Part shown: piece after piece, positions 48,379 through 58,042 of the stretch
Position numbering within the stretch: position 1 is the first letter of the stretch
Layout: each line of letters starts with the position of its first letter
Source: an uncultured Chloroflexia bacterium
GTDB lineage: Bacteria > Chloroflexota > Chloroflexia > Thermomicrobiales > UBA6265
NCBI GenBank assembly: GCA_963724295.1
Contig: CAVRUC010000003.1
Coordinates: 1-64,000 of the forward strand
Direction: 5' to 3'
DNA length: 64,000 bases
Made by a program: the position numbers and the translations under genes
The notes under the pieces: model-generated
What the model saw: the letters and a program-made list of their open reading frames with translations, nothing else
Told to the model about the DNA's origin: nothing
Databases searched by the model: none

Positions 48379-49158
48379 GTGGAGATCAGGCTCGAGGGCA
48401 AGCATGCGCTGGTGACCGGCGCCAGCAGCGGCATCGGTCAGGGCATCGCGCTGGCACTCGCCGCGGCGGGAGCCAGTGTCGGCATCAACTACCGGTCAAA
48501 CAGGGACGGCGCCGAAGAGACCGCGCGACGCGTGCGTGAAGCGGGCCAACGTGCGCTCGTCATCGAAGCGGACGTCGGCGATCCAGCGCAGGTCACGGCG
48601 ATGTTTCGTCGTTTCGACGCCGACATGGGACCGATCGACATCCTGGTGGCGAATGCCGGTCATGGCTCAGCGTCCAAGCCACTTCATGAGACCTCATGGG
48701 ACGAATGGGACCGGGTCCTTCGCTCCAATCTGCACGGTGCATTCCTCTGTGGCCGAGAGGCGGCGCGGCGAATGCTTGCCGCCGGCAAGGGCGGACGCAT
48801 CGTCAACATCTCCTCGGTTCACGAAGAAGCCTGCAATATGCCGGATGACGGTCCGTACTGCGTGGCCAAAGCCGGCGTCCGCAATCTCACCCGCTCCATG
48901 GCACTCGAACTCGGGCCCCACGGCATCACCGTCAACGACGTGGCTCCCGGGATGATCCTGACGCCGATGAACCGGCGCGCGGCCGAGGATGCCACCTATC
49001 GTGCCGAGGCCGAAGCACAGATCCCGGTCCGCCGCGCTGGAACGCCCGCGGATATCGCGGCCATGGTGGTCTTCCTCTGCTCCGATCATGCGTCCTACTG
49101 CACCGGCGGGACGTATCTCGTAGATGGCGGCTGGATGTTGACCTGGCCGCCAGTGTAG
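48379..49158 (+). CDS. SDR oxidoreductase (glucose 1-dehydrogenase-like)
   Basis: TGASSGIG, INYRS, SSVHE, YCVAKAG. Confidence 0.88.
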   Translation: MEIRLEGKHALVTGASSGIGQGIALALAAAGASVGINYRSNRDGAEETARRVREAGQRALVIEADVGDPAQVTAMFRRFDADMGPIDILVANAGHGSASKPLHETSWDEWDRVLRSNLHGAFLCGREAARRMLAAGKGGRIVNISSVHEEACNMPDDGPYCVAKAGVRNLTRSMALELGPHGITVNDVAPGMILTPMNRRAAEDATYRAEAEAQIPVRRAGTPADIAAMVVFLCSDHASYCTGGTYLVDGGWMLTWPPV

Positions 49159-49172
49159 GGAGGGAACAGCCG

Positions 49173-50018
49173 ATGATCGCCGCTGGCAGCCCTAACCGTC
49201 GCGGTCTGATTGCGGCCGGCGCTTCCGCGCTCGTCGCCGGTGCCCTTGCCCGGACCGCTCCCGTCCGCGCAATTCAATCTGACCGCCAGCTCCTCGACTT
49301 GCTCCTGGGTCAAGAGCGGATCCAGGTTGTCTATTACTCCGCCATCCTTGACGCGTTTGACGACGCGGCATTTTCCGCCGCGGGTCTTCCCCAGGGCGCT
49401 CGCGGCGGCATCGAGGAGATCCTGGCAGCTGAGAAAGCGCACATCACCGCGCTGCCGCAACCCGACGACGTCGCGATGCCCGCGCCCACCGCGCCGGTGC
49501 TGACCGATCTGACTGAGGCCCTGCGTGAGGCCGCCAACCTGGAGAACCTGGCCGTCGCCTCCTACGCATTCGTCATTCCCCTCCTTGATCGACAACGGCT
49601 CCTGTCGACGCTGATCGGCATCCATAGCGTCGAAGCCCGGCACGCGGCGTGGTTGGCAACGCTCCTCGGCGCCAACCCCTTCCCCGAGGCCATCGACCCC
49701 CCGTTGACGTTGGAGCAGTCGGAGGCCAATGCCGGCGAATCCACCAGCGTGCCATCCCCGGCGGGCACGCCAAGCGCTGCAGGCGATGCCGCGCCGGTGA
49801 TCGCGGCGATTGCCGCGGACCTCGGCGTGCCGCCCGAGTCAGTCCAGGTAATCACCATGGAACCTCGGGACTGGCCCGACAGCTCGCTTGGCTGTCCCCA
49901 ACCCGACATGCTCTATGCCCAGGTGATCACACCGGGCTATCTGGTGCTGGTGGAGGTCTCAGGCGAGCAGATCGAGTACCACACCGACGAGCTGGGCACC
50001 GTCGTTCGCTGCCCCTGA
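49173..50018 (+). CDS. Tat-exported ferritin-like di-iron protein with a C-terminal disulfide-type domain
   Basis: NRRGLI; E..EKAH..E..EARH ligands; C-terminal WPDSSLGCPQPD..YAQVITPGY..YHTD...CP. Confidence 0.8.
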   Translation: MIAAGSPNRRGLIAAGASALVAGALARTAPVRAIQSDRQLLDLLLGQERIQVVYYSAILDAFDDAAFSAAGLPQGARGGIEEILAAEKAHITALPQPDDVAMPAPTAPVLTDLTEALREAANLENLAVASYAFVIPLLDRQRLLSTLIGIHSVEARHAAWLATLLGANPFPEAIDPPLTLEQSEANAGESTSVPSPAGTPSAAGDAAPVIAAIAADLGVPPESVQVITMEPRDWPDSSLGCPQPDMLYAQVITPGYLVLVEVSGEQIEYHTDELGTVVRCP

Positions 50019-50041
50019 TCGCCGGCTCGCAAACCGACACC

Positions 50042-50332
50042 CTACAGGCGCTGGTACTCCTCGAGATCGAGCACGAACACGGTCGCCGCCGCCGGTGGGA
50101 TCCCCTCGCCGCTATCGGGAGGCGCCATCCCCGAGCGGGCCGTCTGGCGGATCAGATCGAGCACGTAATCGACTTGATTCTCATCCGCACCGATCATCAG
50201 GGTGGTGTTGCCTCGCCGCAGGAACCCGCCGGTGCTGGCGAGCCGGGTCGTCCGAAAATCCGCCTCGAGCAGCGCATCGACGACCGTGTCCGCGACTTCG
50301 TTCTGGATGACCGCAATGACCAGCTTCTTCAT
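50042..50332 (-). CDS. darA: Cyclic-di-AMP receptor, PII-like (DarA/PstA/YaaQ)
   Basis: KLVIAVIQ, TRLASTGGFLRRGNTTLMIG, ATVFVLD. Confidence 0.9.
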   Translation of the reverse strand: MKKLVIAVIQNEVADTVVDALLEADFRTTRLASTGGFLRRGNTTLMIGADENQVDYVLDLIRQTARSGMAPPDSGEGIPPAAATVFVLDLEEYQRL

Positions 50333-50470
50333 TCGCCCCGCGCCTTACGAAACTGGCGGGAACCGAGATTCGTCGCTGAATCGGTTTCTTCCAGCATCTT
50401 CTGCCGATCGCTCGCGCCGCGAGTCTCATCGCCGGCCTTGCCGGCGATGGTTCCCATCGGGATACACATA

Positions 50471-50941
50471 CTACCGCGCATCGCCAGTATCCTGTTCATC
50501 TCCTCGCAACCCCCGTGCCCGGCACGCGTCGAGATAGCCCTGCAAGATCACCGCCGCGGCGACGGCGTCGACGTCGCCCTTCCGCCGCCGCCGCCACGCC
50601 CCGCTCTCCTGGAGCATTCGTTCCGCTACGGCGGTCGTCAACCGTTCATCCCAGAAAACGACCCGCATCTCCGGTTCGACCGCCGTCTGAAGCGCCTCCG
50701 CGAACTGGCGCACGACCGCGGCCTGCGGACCCTCCCGGCCGGAAAGCCCGGTCGGCAGCCCGATGACCAGCCGGTCGACCCCCTTTGCCATCGCCAGGTC
50801 CCGTAGCTCGGCCAGGTCGCCGTCTCGGCGTTGCACGGTCGTCAGTGGCGAGGAGATCATCCCCAGCTCGTCGCCAATCGCCACGCCGACGCGGCGCTCC
50901 CCGACGTCGAGACCCATGGCTCGACCAGTCCGCTGGTTCAC
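50471..50941 (-). CDS. ruvX: YqgF/RuvX family nuclease
   Basis: GLDVGERRVGVA, IGLP, WDERLTT, VDAVAAAVILQGYLD. Confidence 0.95.
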   Translation of the reverse strand: MNQRTGRAMGLDVGERRVGVAIGDELGMISSPLTTVQRRDGDLAELRDLAMAKGVDRLVIGLPTGLSGREGPQAAVVRQFAEALQTAVEPEMRVVFWDERLTTAVAERMLQESGAWRRRRKGDVDAVAAAVILQGYLDACRARGLRGDEQDTGDAR

Positions 50942-52587
50942 CTGGCGATCTCGAACTGGATCCGCCCCGCGTTGTTCGGCATCTCGTCGGGCAGCCAGGC
51001 GGGGCGGTAGTCGACCTTGAAAACAGCGATCTCCGGCCGCCGCGCGAGGATAGCCGCGGCGTCGTCAGCGCTCGTTCCCGCCAGCTCGTTAGCCAACGCC
51101 GCGCGCTCCGCGGCATCGATCTCCGCGATCGCATCGGCCCGCGCCTTCACCTCGAGGCGGACACCGCGATCGATCTCCTCGGTTTCGACCGGCTCCTCGA
51201 AGACGATATCCTGCGGCGCTACCGCGAATCCCTCCGGCGCGTCCGCGCTGAGGCGCTCGGCGAGGATCTGCTCGTACTCCGCCCTGGCCGCTTCGCCATC
51301 AAAGGTCAGCACGTCAACAGTCAGCGTCGATCGCAGCGAGATCTGCGCGGCATCTTCACCGGCCTGATGGTCGAACGCATCCTCTTGTCCGGAAACTGTC
51401 GCCGAGGAAAGCAGGATTTCCGCACCAGGCTGATCCCGTGCGATGGCCTCGGCGGCGAGCTCCGCTGCGGCGCTGGTCGCTGCCGCGCGCAGCGCGTCGA
51501 GGTCTTCCTGGGCGACCACCGGAAACTCCTTGTCCGATCCACCCGTCGCCGGCTGCATGCGATTGCTGTAGTAGACCCCGTTGGGTAAACGCCCGCCGAT
51601 CTCACCCGTGCCGACATTACCGCCTGAGCCCGGCTGCACAGCCTGAACAGTTCCCGCCGCCGCGCCGGGACGCCCCGTGGCGGGGTCGGCGGCCGGTACA
51701 GAGACCGTCTCGCTAAAGGCAAACTCGACTCCGGTTTCGGTGGCCACAGTCGTGCCAGCCTCGACTGATAGCGGTTCTGTCGTGGCATTTCGCAGCTCGA
51801 TCGCGCTGCTCGCCGTCCCGTCCGGCTCGACGCGCACCCCGGTGACCGGCGCCGTCCCTTCCCAGACGACCTCGATCTGGCGCTCCTCTGGCGTCAGCGC
51901 GAATGCCGCCCGCTCGTCGATCGGTTGGCCATCGCTCGTGACGTCGAACAGGACGGCGCCCGCGACCGGCGCCGTCTTGGGCTCGATCGCCACGACCGCT
52001 TGGGGCAGGACGAACCGGATGCCCAGGAGGGCAGCGATGACCAGGACGACCAAACCCGCCGCGACTGGTAACCAGCGTCGCGGCGGGTTCTCCGACTCCC
52101 GTTCGCGGTCAGCTTCCGGAACTGGCTCGTCAGATTCCGCACCGTCGCTCTCCCCGCTCAGGCCGTTCTCGCTCGGCCAATGCGATTCTGGCGACGGACG
52201 AATGACCGGTTCCGCGACGGCCGTCTCCCCGGGCCAGTCCTCATCGCGTACGATCGGCGGTTCGGCAACGACCTGAGGCGGTTCGGCAGCTATCGGCGCG
52301 GGGGCGGCTGCCACTCGCGGGCGCGGCAATGCCCGAGCGGGAATTCCCAGGCGCTCCGCGAGCTGCAGCCGCAGCGGGTCGGCGGTGCGCATCTGCACCG
52401 CGACCCGATCTTCGTCGATGGCATCCTTCAGGGTCCGGAACTCGCGCGCCGTCAAGAGCAGCGCGCTGTCGATCGGGATGACCAGGTCGACCGTGCGCCC
52501 GCCATTTGCCGCTTCGCGCAGCCGGGCCACGATGTCAGGCAATGTCTCATCGGACGTGACGACGACGGTCGGGTTGGGCTCAGTCAT
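50938..52587 (-). CDS. Single-pass membrane protein with an extracellular Baseplate-J/gp47-like domain
   Basis: N-terminal soluble domain, Pro/Glu-rich linker, TM helix (WLPVAAGLVVLVIAALLGIRFVL), then AGTTVAT..GVEF..VQAVQPGSGGNV..N...TGGSD. Confidence 0.75.
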   Translation of the reverse strand: MTEPNPTVVVTSDETLPDIVARLREAANGGRTVDLVIPIDSALLLTAREFRTLKDAIDEDRVAVQMRTADPLRLQLAERLGIPARALPRPRVAAAPAPIAAEPPQVVAEPPIVRDEDWPGETAVAEPVIRPSPESHWPSENGLSGESDGAESDEPVPEADRERESENPPRRWLPVAAGLVVLVIAALLGIRFVLPQAVVAIEPKTAPVAGAVLFDVTSDGQPIDERAAFALTPEERQIEVVWEGTAPVTGVRVEPDGTASSAIELRNATTEPLSVEAGTTVATETGVEFAFSETVSVPAADPATGRPGAAAGTVQAVQPGSGGNVGTGEIGGRLPNGVYYSNRMQPATGGSDKEFPVVAQEDLDALRAAATSAAAELAAEAIARDQPGAEILLSSATVSGQEDAFDHQAGEDAAQISLRSTLTVDVLTFDGEAARAEYEQILAERLSADAPEGFAVAPQDIVFEEPVETEEIDRGVRLEVKARADAIAEIDAAERAALANELAGTSADDAAAILARRPEIAVFKVDYRPAWLPDEMPNNAGRIQFEIAR

Positions 52588-52619
52588 CGTCGCCCTGGGT
52601 CAGTCCGCGGCGGTGCCAC

Positions 52620-55304
52620 CTACGTTGACGCGCCCCGCTCGACAATACCGGCCACCGCGGCCAGCGCGGCGTCGAGCTTCTCGGGATCCTTCCCGCCCGC
52701 CTCCGCCAGCTCGGCTCGACCACCGCCCCGGCCGTCGACGAGAGCGGCCGTCTCGCGCACGATGTCGCCGGCTTTGACACCCTGCGCCACCAGATCCGGG
52801 GTAACCATGGCCAGCAAGCTCGGCCGGCCGTCGATGACGGCTCCCAGCACGACCACGCCGGAGCCCATGCGGTCACGCAACCGGTCTCCCATCTGGCGTA
52901 GAGCGTCCTTGCCGTCGACGTCGGCACGGGCCGCCAGCACCCGGCGCCCGTTGACGTCGACCACCCGCTCCAGGAGATCGCCGGCGCGCGCCGCCGCCAG
53001 CTGGCCGCGCAAGCGCTCGTTCTCCCGCTCCAGTCCCCGGATGCGCTCTTGCAGCACGTCGAGCTGATCGGGAACCTCCGACCATGTCGCGCGCAGCGCG
53101 CGGGCACTCTCCTCCAGGAGCCGTTGCTGGGTCAGCATGCGGTCCACGGCGGCATCGCCGGTGACGGCTTCGATGCGCCGCACGCCCGCGGCTACGCTCC
53201 CCTCGGAGACGATCAGGAACGGTCCGATATCACCGGTGGCCCCGACGTGCGTACCGCCGCACAGCTCTTGTGAGAACCCGGGAATCGCGACTACCCGCAC
53301 CACGTCACCGTACTTCTCGCCGAAGAGCGCCATAGCGCCATCTTCAACGGCAGCCTGGTATGGCTTGATCTCGGTTGTCACAGGTACGTTGCGGGAAATC
53401 TCGTGGTTGACGACCGCGGCGATATGCTGCAGCTGGTCGACATTCACCCCTTCGAGCGAAGTGAAATCGAACCGCAGCCGGTCCGGGGCCACCAGTGACC
53501 CTGCCTGCCGCGACTCTTCACCGAGAACCGTCCGCAAGGCGCGGTGCAGGAGATGGGTCGCCGTGTGGTTGCGGCGAATCGCCCCCCGCCGTTCCGCGTC
53601 GATCTCGGCCCGCGCCGGCTCGCCCGTTCGCGCAAATCCCTCGGCGACGATGCCACGGTGAACGTAGACGTCTGGAGTCGGTTTGAAGGTATCGTCGATG
53701 TTGATCAGCCCGGTGTCGGTGCGGATCCAGCCGGTGTCCCCGATCTGTCCGCCCGACTCGCCGTAGAACGGCGTGCGGTCCAGGATCACCTCAACCGCGT
53801 CACCTGCTTCTGCCTCCTCGATTGGTCCATCAGCGCCGACGAGCCCAAGGATGCGGGCGTCGGCAGCCGTCGCCTCATAGCCAAGGAACTCGGTCGGCGC
53901 CTGGGCCAGATCGACGTAGACCTCCGCGCGTGACCGCGCTCGATCGCGGAAGGCATCGCCGGCGCCACCCCGGCTGATCTCTCGTTGCGCGGCCAGCGCC
54001 TCTTCGAATCCGATCTGGTCGACTTCCAGACCTTGCTCGCGGGCCAGCTCGAGGGTGAGATCGAATGGAAACCCGTACGTGTCGTAAAGCCGGAAGACTT
54101 CGCGACCCGGCAGGACCTGGGCGACGGTCTCTCCTTGCGCCGCGGCATCGCGCGCCAGATCCTCGACCAGTGTCTGGAAGCGAGCCATGCCGGCGCTCAA
54201 CGTGCGGCCAAAGCTCTCCTCTTCGTGTGACAGCACCTTCTCGATCTGGACACGGCGGTCGCTGAGCTCGCGATGGTGATGCGCGAACTGGTCGATCACC
54301 ACCCCGGCGACGCCGGCCAGGAACGGCTCCTCCAGCCCGAGTTTGCGGCCGGCCCGGATCGCGCGGCGCAGGATGCGGCGCAGCACGTAGGACCGGCCTT
54401 CGTTCCCGGGCAGCACTCCGTCGGCGATCAGGAACGTCCCGCCGCGGGCATGGTCGGCGATGATCCGCAGCGCCCGATCCACATCCGGGTCGCCGCCGTA
54501 GGTGACGCCCGCTAACCCGGCCACGTGCTGGATGATCGCCTGATAGAGATCGGTATCGTAGACCGACTCCACCTGCTGCATGACCATGACCAGCCGCTCC
54601 AGCCCCATGCCGGTATCGACATGCTGCCGTGGCAGCGGCGTGCGCGTGCCGTCCGGGTGCTGGACGAACTCCATGAAGACGTTGTTCCACACCTCCAGAT
54701 ACCGCTCGCACTCGCAACCGGGCGCGCACTCCGGCGTGCCGCAGCCATGCTCCGGGCCGCGATCGAAATAGATCTCCGAATCGGGACCATTCGGCCCGGT
54801 AGCGCCGACAGGTCCCCACCAGTTGTCCTCGAGCCGGCCGATACGCTCGTCGGCTATTCCGATCACCTCGCGCCAGATGCGCAGCGCGTCCTGGTCGTCA
54901 GGGTGCACGGTCGGGTACAGGCGATCGCCGGGAATACCGAGGTCGCGGGTCAGGAATTCCCAGGACCACTCCAGCGATTCCCGCTTGAAGTAATCGCCGA
55001 CGGAGAAATTCCCGAGCATGAAGAAGAACGTGCAGTGACTCTCGTCGCCCACCTCGTCGATGTCGACGGTGCGGAAGCACTTCTGGACCGAGACCATGCG
55101 CTGCGCGGGGGGCTGCTCCAACCCCATGAAATACGGTGTCATCTGCTGCATGCCGGCGGTCGTCAGCAGGACGGTGGGATCGTTGTGCGGTACGAGCGAC
55201 GACGACGGCACCTCGCGGTGACCGCGCTCCGTGAAAAACGTAACGAAGCGGCGTCGTACTTCCTCGCCGGATATGGGCGCGGGCATCTGCACGTTACTCG
55301 TCAT
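52620..55304 (-). CDS. alaS: Alanine--tRNA ligase
   Basis: SSSLVP.NDPT.L, QKCFR, EVWNNVF, DTGMGLERL, NHTATHLLH, ELCGGTHV, GGGRAELA; exact start uncertain. Confidence 0.97.
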   Translation of the reverse strand: MTSNVQMPAPISGEEVRRRFVTFFTERGHREVPSSSLVPHNDPTVLLTTAGMQQMTPYFMGLEQPPAQRMVSVQKCFRTVDIDEVGDESHCTFFFMLGNFSVGDYFKRESLEWSWEFLTRDLGIPGDRLYPTVHPDDQDALRIWREVIGIADERIGRLEDNWWGPVGATGPNGPDSEIYFDRGPEHGCGTPECAPGCECERYLEVWNNVFMEFVQHPDGTRTPLPRQHVDTGMGLERLVMVMQQVESVYDTDLYQAIIQHVAGLAGVTYGGDPDVDRALRIIADHARGGTFLIADGVLPGNEGRSYVLRRILRRAIRAGRKLGLEEPFLAGVAGVVIDQFAHHHRELSDRRVQIEKVLSHEEESFGRTLSAGMARFQTLVEDLARDAAAQGETVAQVLPGREVFRLYDTYGFPFDLTLELAREQGLEVDQIGFEEALAAQREISRGGAGDAFRDRARSRAEVYVDLAQAPTEFLGYEATAADARILGLVGADGPIEEAEAGDAVEVILDRTPFYGESGGQIGDTGWIRTDTGLINIDDTFKPTPDVYVHRGIVAEGFARTGEPARAEIDAERRGAIRRNHTATHLLHRALRTVLGEESRQAGSLVAPDRLRFDFTSLEGVNVDQLQHIAAVVNHEISRNVPVTTEIKPYQAAVEDGAMALFGEKYGDVVRVVAIPGFSQELCGGTHVGATGDIGPFLIVSEGSVAAGVRRIEAVTGDAAVDRMLTQQRLLEESARALRATWSEVPDQLDVLQERIRGLERENERLRGQLAAARAGDLLERVVDVNGRRVLAARADVDGKDALRQMGDRLRDRMGSGVVVLGAVIDGRPSLLAMVTPDLVAQGVKAGDIVRETAALVDGRGGGRAELAEAGGKDPEKLDAALAAVAGIVERGAST

Positions 55305-55428
55305 GGATCCGGCGAACCTCATCCCTTCCGGCATTGGCGACGGGTGGAAGGACAGAACAGTCCGGGGCTACCGGACCAATCCCGGATTGTGCCAGACAGC
55401 AGCGCGACCGACAACGCGACGCGATGAA

Positions 55429-55837
55429 TTATCCGCCGGCAACGGCGCGCCAGGCCTTGGCATACTCCTCCCGGATCGGCACGAAGGTCTCGACCAGCAG
55501 GACTCCATCCGACCCCGGCAATCCCGCTGTGCGTCAGATCGGAGGGCACGAGGTAGGCGTCACCAACCACTAGCTCACGTGCCTCCCCCTCGACCGTCAG
55601 GGTGACCGATCCCTCGACCACGACTCCGAGTTGCTCGTTCACGTGGCTATGCTCGACTACCACCGCTCCGGGCTCCATCGCGATCCAGCAGGTCATCAGC
55701 GACTCGCCGATCACCGGCTGAACCTGGATTCCTGGCGCGGGCGAAAACGGGGGCACCTCCGATCGCCGCACCCAGGTGGCCCTCTTCGGTGACTTGGCAC
55801 CCGCTCCGGGCTCATTGACCTCGACTGTTCCCGACAT
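55429..55837 (-). CDS. Cupin domain protein; frameshift near 55514
   Basis: EHSHVNEQ.G.V.EG, P....HS; the corrected frame ends DGVLLVETFVPIREEYAKAWRAVAGG*. Confidence 0.82.
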
Positions 55838-56045
55838 CTTCCCCTCCCACAGTGCGACCCCGGTCCATCGACCGGCGCGGCTGGCTCCAGACATGTGCGC
55901 ATCCATTGTCGCCGATGCTGGCAAACCGCTGGCGCCCGGCGGAATCAGGACGAACGGTGCTGGCAGGTTCGAACGGACGTTCTTGACAGTCCGCGGCTCG
56001 GCTCCTAGGCTCTGACTGTCGAATCTTGGGCCGGAGGCGCCGCGC

Positions 56046-57107
56046 ATGACCCGGACACCGCGCTCTCCATCGTCGAAGCCACCACCCTCGCCGCGCGCGG
56101 ATCGTGCGGTCGACGGTCTCACCAGCGCCGAACGCGAGCGTCCCTACACCGAGAATCCCGCGCTCCTGGCCCGGGAGGAGCGATTCGCGGCCGCGGCGCC
56201 CGATCAACTGCCCCTCTTCGCTCCCGGTCCCGCCGGCACGTTTCGACCAGTCCTGGGTGGCCTGCCGCCATTGTCGGCGGGGAGTAGCCTCGACCTGGCG
56301 CGCTCCTGGTATCGGCGCGAGTTGGAGCAGGCGGGGCGGCCGTCGAACACGATTGAATCGTATTGCTACGACCTCGTCGTGCTGGAGAAGCTGATCGGCC
56401 CGAAACCGATCGCCGCGATCACCCAAACGGACATCGCGCGGCTGTTGGGCGACGCCAACGGCAGGGCCACGCGCAAGCGCCGGCTGACCTCGGCTCGGCG
56501 CTTTTTCCGGTATCTGATCGACGACGCCCGCGTCTTGCGCTCCGATCCTACCGAGGGCCACTATCCGCACACCATTCCCCTCCGCTCGCCGGTACCCCTT
56601 TTCCCGGCGGAACAGGAGGCGTTGCTCGCGGCCGCGGCCGGCGACGAGGCCTGGAGCCTCCCCGCCATCTGGTTGATGCTGCGCCTGGGGCTGACTCGCT
56701 CGGAACTCCTCGCGTTGCGACGCGAGCACATCGATCTCGACGATCCCATGGGACCGGTCGTCTACATCTTCTACGACGACGTGACGAAACGTGGCAAAGA
56801 GCGCAAGCTGGCCGCGGGTCAGGAATTCCAGGCGATCTACACCAGCTTTCTCGAGGCGCGATCTCCGGTCGATATCCTCTTTGCGGTCGGTCCACAGGCG
56901 GTGAATGGGATGGTGGACCGCGTCCGCGCGGCCGCCGGCATCCAGAAAGAGGTCACCCCTCAGACACTGCGACACAGTTTCGCCGTCGACCGCGCCAGTG
57001 CCGGAGCAACGGAGGAAGACCTGCTGGCGATTCTGGGGCTGGCCGACGATGCCCGTAATCGAGCCAGCGTCCAGCGCTATCTCAAGCTCGCCGCTCCACC
57101 GCTCTAG
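56046..57107 (+). CDS. XerC/D-like tyrosine recombinase-family protein with degenerate catalytic residues
   Basis: SAM-like NTIESY..DL, ATRKRRLTS.RRFFRYL; catalytic domain GLTRSEL, KERK, TPQTLRHSFA, ILGL, VQRY. Confidence 0.85.
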   Translation: MTRTPRSPSSKPPPSPRADRAVDGLTSAERERPYTENPALLAREERFAAAAPDQLPLFAPGPAGTFRPVLGGLPPLSAGSSLDLARSWYRRELEQAGRPSNTIESYCYDLVVLEKLIGPKPIAAITQTDIARLLGDANGRATRKRRLTSARRFFRYLIDDARVLRSDPTEGHYPHTIPLRSPVPLFPAEQEALLAAAAGDEAWSLPAIWLMLRLGLTRSELLALRREHIDLDDPMGPVVYIFYDDVTKRGKERKLAAGQEFQAIYTSFLEARSPVDILFAVGPQAVNGMVDRVRAAAGIQKEVTPQTLRHSFAVDRASAGATEEDLLAILGLADDARNRASVQRYLKLAAPPL

Positions 57108-58042
57108 TCCTCCGTAGGAGGATCGCTGTCGGAGAGGTCCAGCAGTCGCACCGCTTCGGACTCGAGTCTGTCGCGGAATTGCACGGTCTGGACCCATGTT
57201 TCTGGAAGAGCCGAGGCGCCATAGGCGGCTCCGGCGAGCGCTCCAGTGACCGCCCCGGTCGAATCGGCGTCGTCGCCAAGCGCGACCGCCATCTCGATCG
57301 CTTCCCGGGCACTGCTCGCGTTGAGCAGCGACCAGAACGAGGCGCCGATCGTCTCGAGCACGAAGCCACCGGCGCGAACCTCAATGCGCCGGCGTCCCGC
57401 CGCATCGAGCACGGCCTCACGGACTTCTTCGTTAGGAATGTCCACCACGGCGGCGGCCGGTGCGTCGGCGATCGCGCCGCCATTCAGCAGATGGACGATG
57501 GCCTGGTTGACCGCGACCGTTCCCCATGATGCGCGCGCTTCGGCGTGCGTCACCCGCGCGCTGTCCAGCGAAGCGCGAACGAGGCGATCGGGTTGCCGGC
57601 GAAATCGCAAGGCGACCGGACCGCAACGCATGACGGCCCCGTTTGCCGCCGCGGATCGCTCGCCTCGTGCCGTGAGCGCTACCGCGCCGGCATCGAGAGG
57701 CGCCGTTCCCGCCGCCAGCGCTTCCAGAGCGATGCGGGTGGTGTTGCCGATGTCCTTGGGATTGCTTCGGAACCAGGCGATCAGCCCGCCGGCAAACCGA
57801 TCGAGGTCGAGGCCCTTGTCCGTCAGGGCCTCGGCCAGGATCAGCGCTTGCTGCGTGTCGTCGGTCACTTCCCCGGGATCGAGGTGCAGCCAGCCGCCGC
57901 CGACGAACTCGCTAACGCCGGTCGGGAACCGTGCCGCGATCACGTCGCGGTCGAGAAATTCGACCGGTCCACCCAATGCATCGCCGCAGGCGAGACCCAG
58001 CAGAGTCCCGGCATAGCGATCGCGCAACGCAATCGTCGTCAT
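57104..58042 (-). CDS. ADP-ribosylglycohydrolase (DraG-like)
   Basis: GLACGDALGGPVEF, TDDT, DIGNTT, NGAVMR, GDDADSTGAVTGALAGA. Confidence 0.93.
   Translation of the reverse strand: MTTIALRDRYAGTLLGLACGDALGGPVEFLDRDVIAARFPTGVSEFVGGGWLHLDPGEVTDDTQQALILAEALTDKGLDLDRFAGGLIAWFRSNPKDIGNTTRIALEALAAGTAPLDAGAVALTARGERSAAANGAVMRCGPVALRFRRQPDRLVRASLDSARVTHAEARASWGTVAVNQAIVHLLNGGAIADAPAAAVVDIPNEEVREAVLDAAGRRRIEVRAGGFVLETIGASFWSLLNASSAREAIEMAVALGDDADSTGAVTGALAGAAYGASALPETWVQTVQFRDRLESEAVRLLDLSDSDPPTED

Noticed and set aside
50938..52587. Prophage or contractile injection system
   Set aside because: No sheath, tube, terminase or capsid genes nearby; the protein has a TM helix and sits among housekeeping genes.
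55305..55428. T-box leader upstream of alaS
   Set aside because: The region is too short and lacks the GGTGGNACC T-box motif and a terminator.
56046..57107. Integrase marking a second mobile element
   Set aside because: No flanking direct repeats or tRNA, host-like neighbours and a degenerate active site.
2200..57197. Long antisense or alternate-frame ORFs (e.g. 2200-3456 -, 20523-21890 +, 29942-31129 +, 44179-45669 -, 55812-57197 -)
   Set aside because: Shadow ORFs of well-supported genes, expected at high GC; no recognisable motifs.
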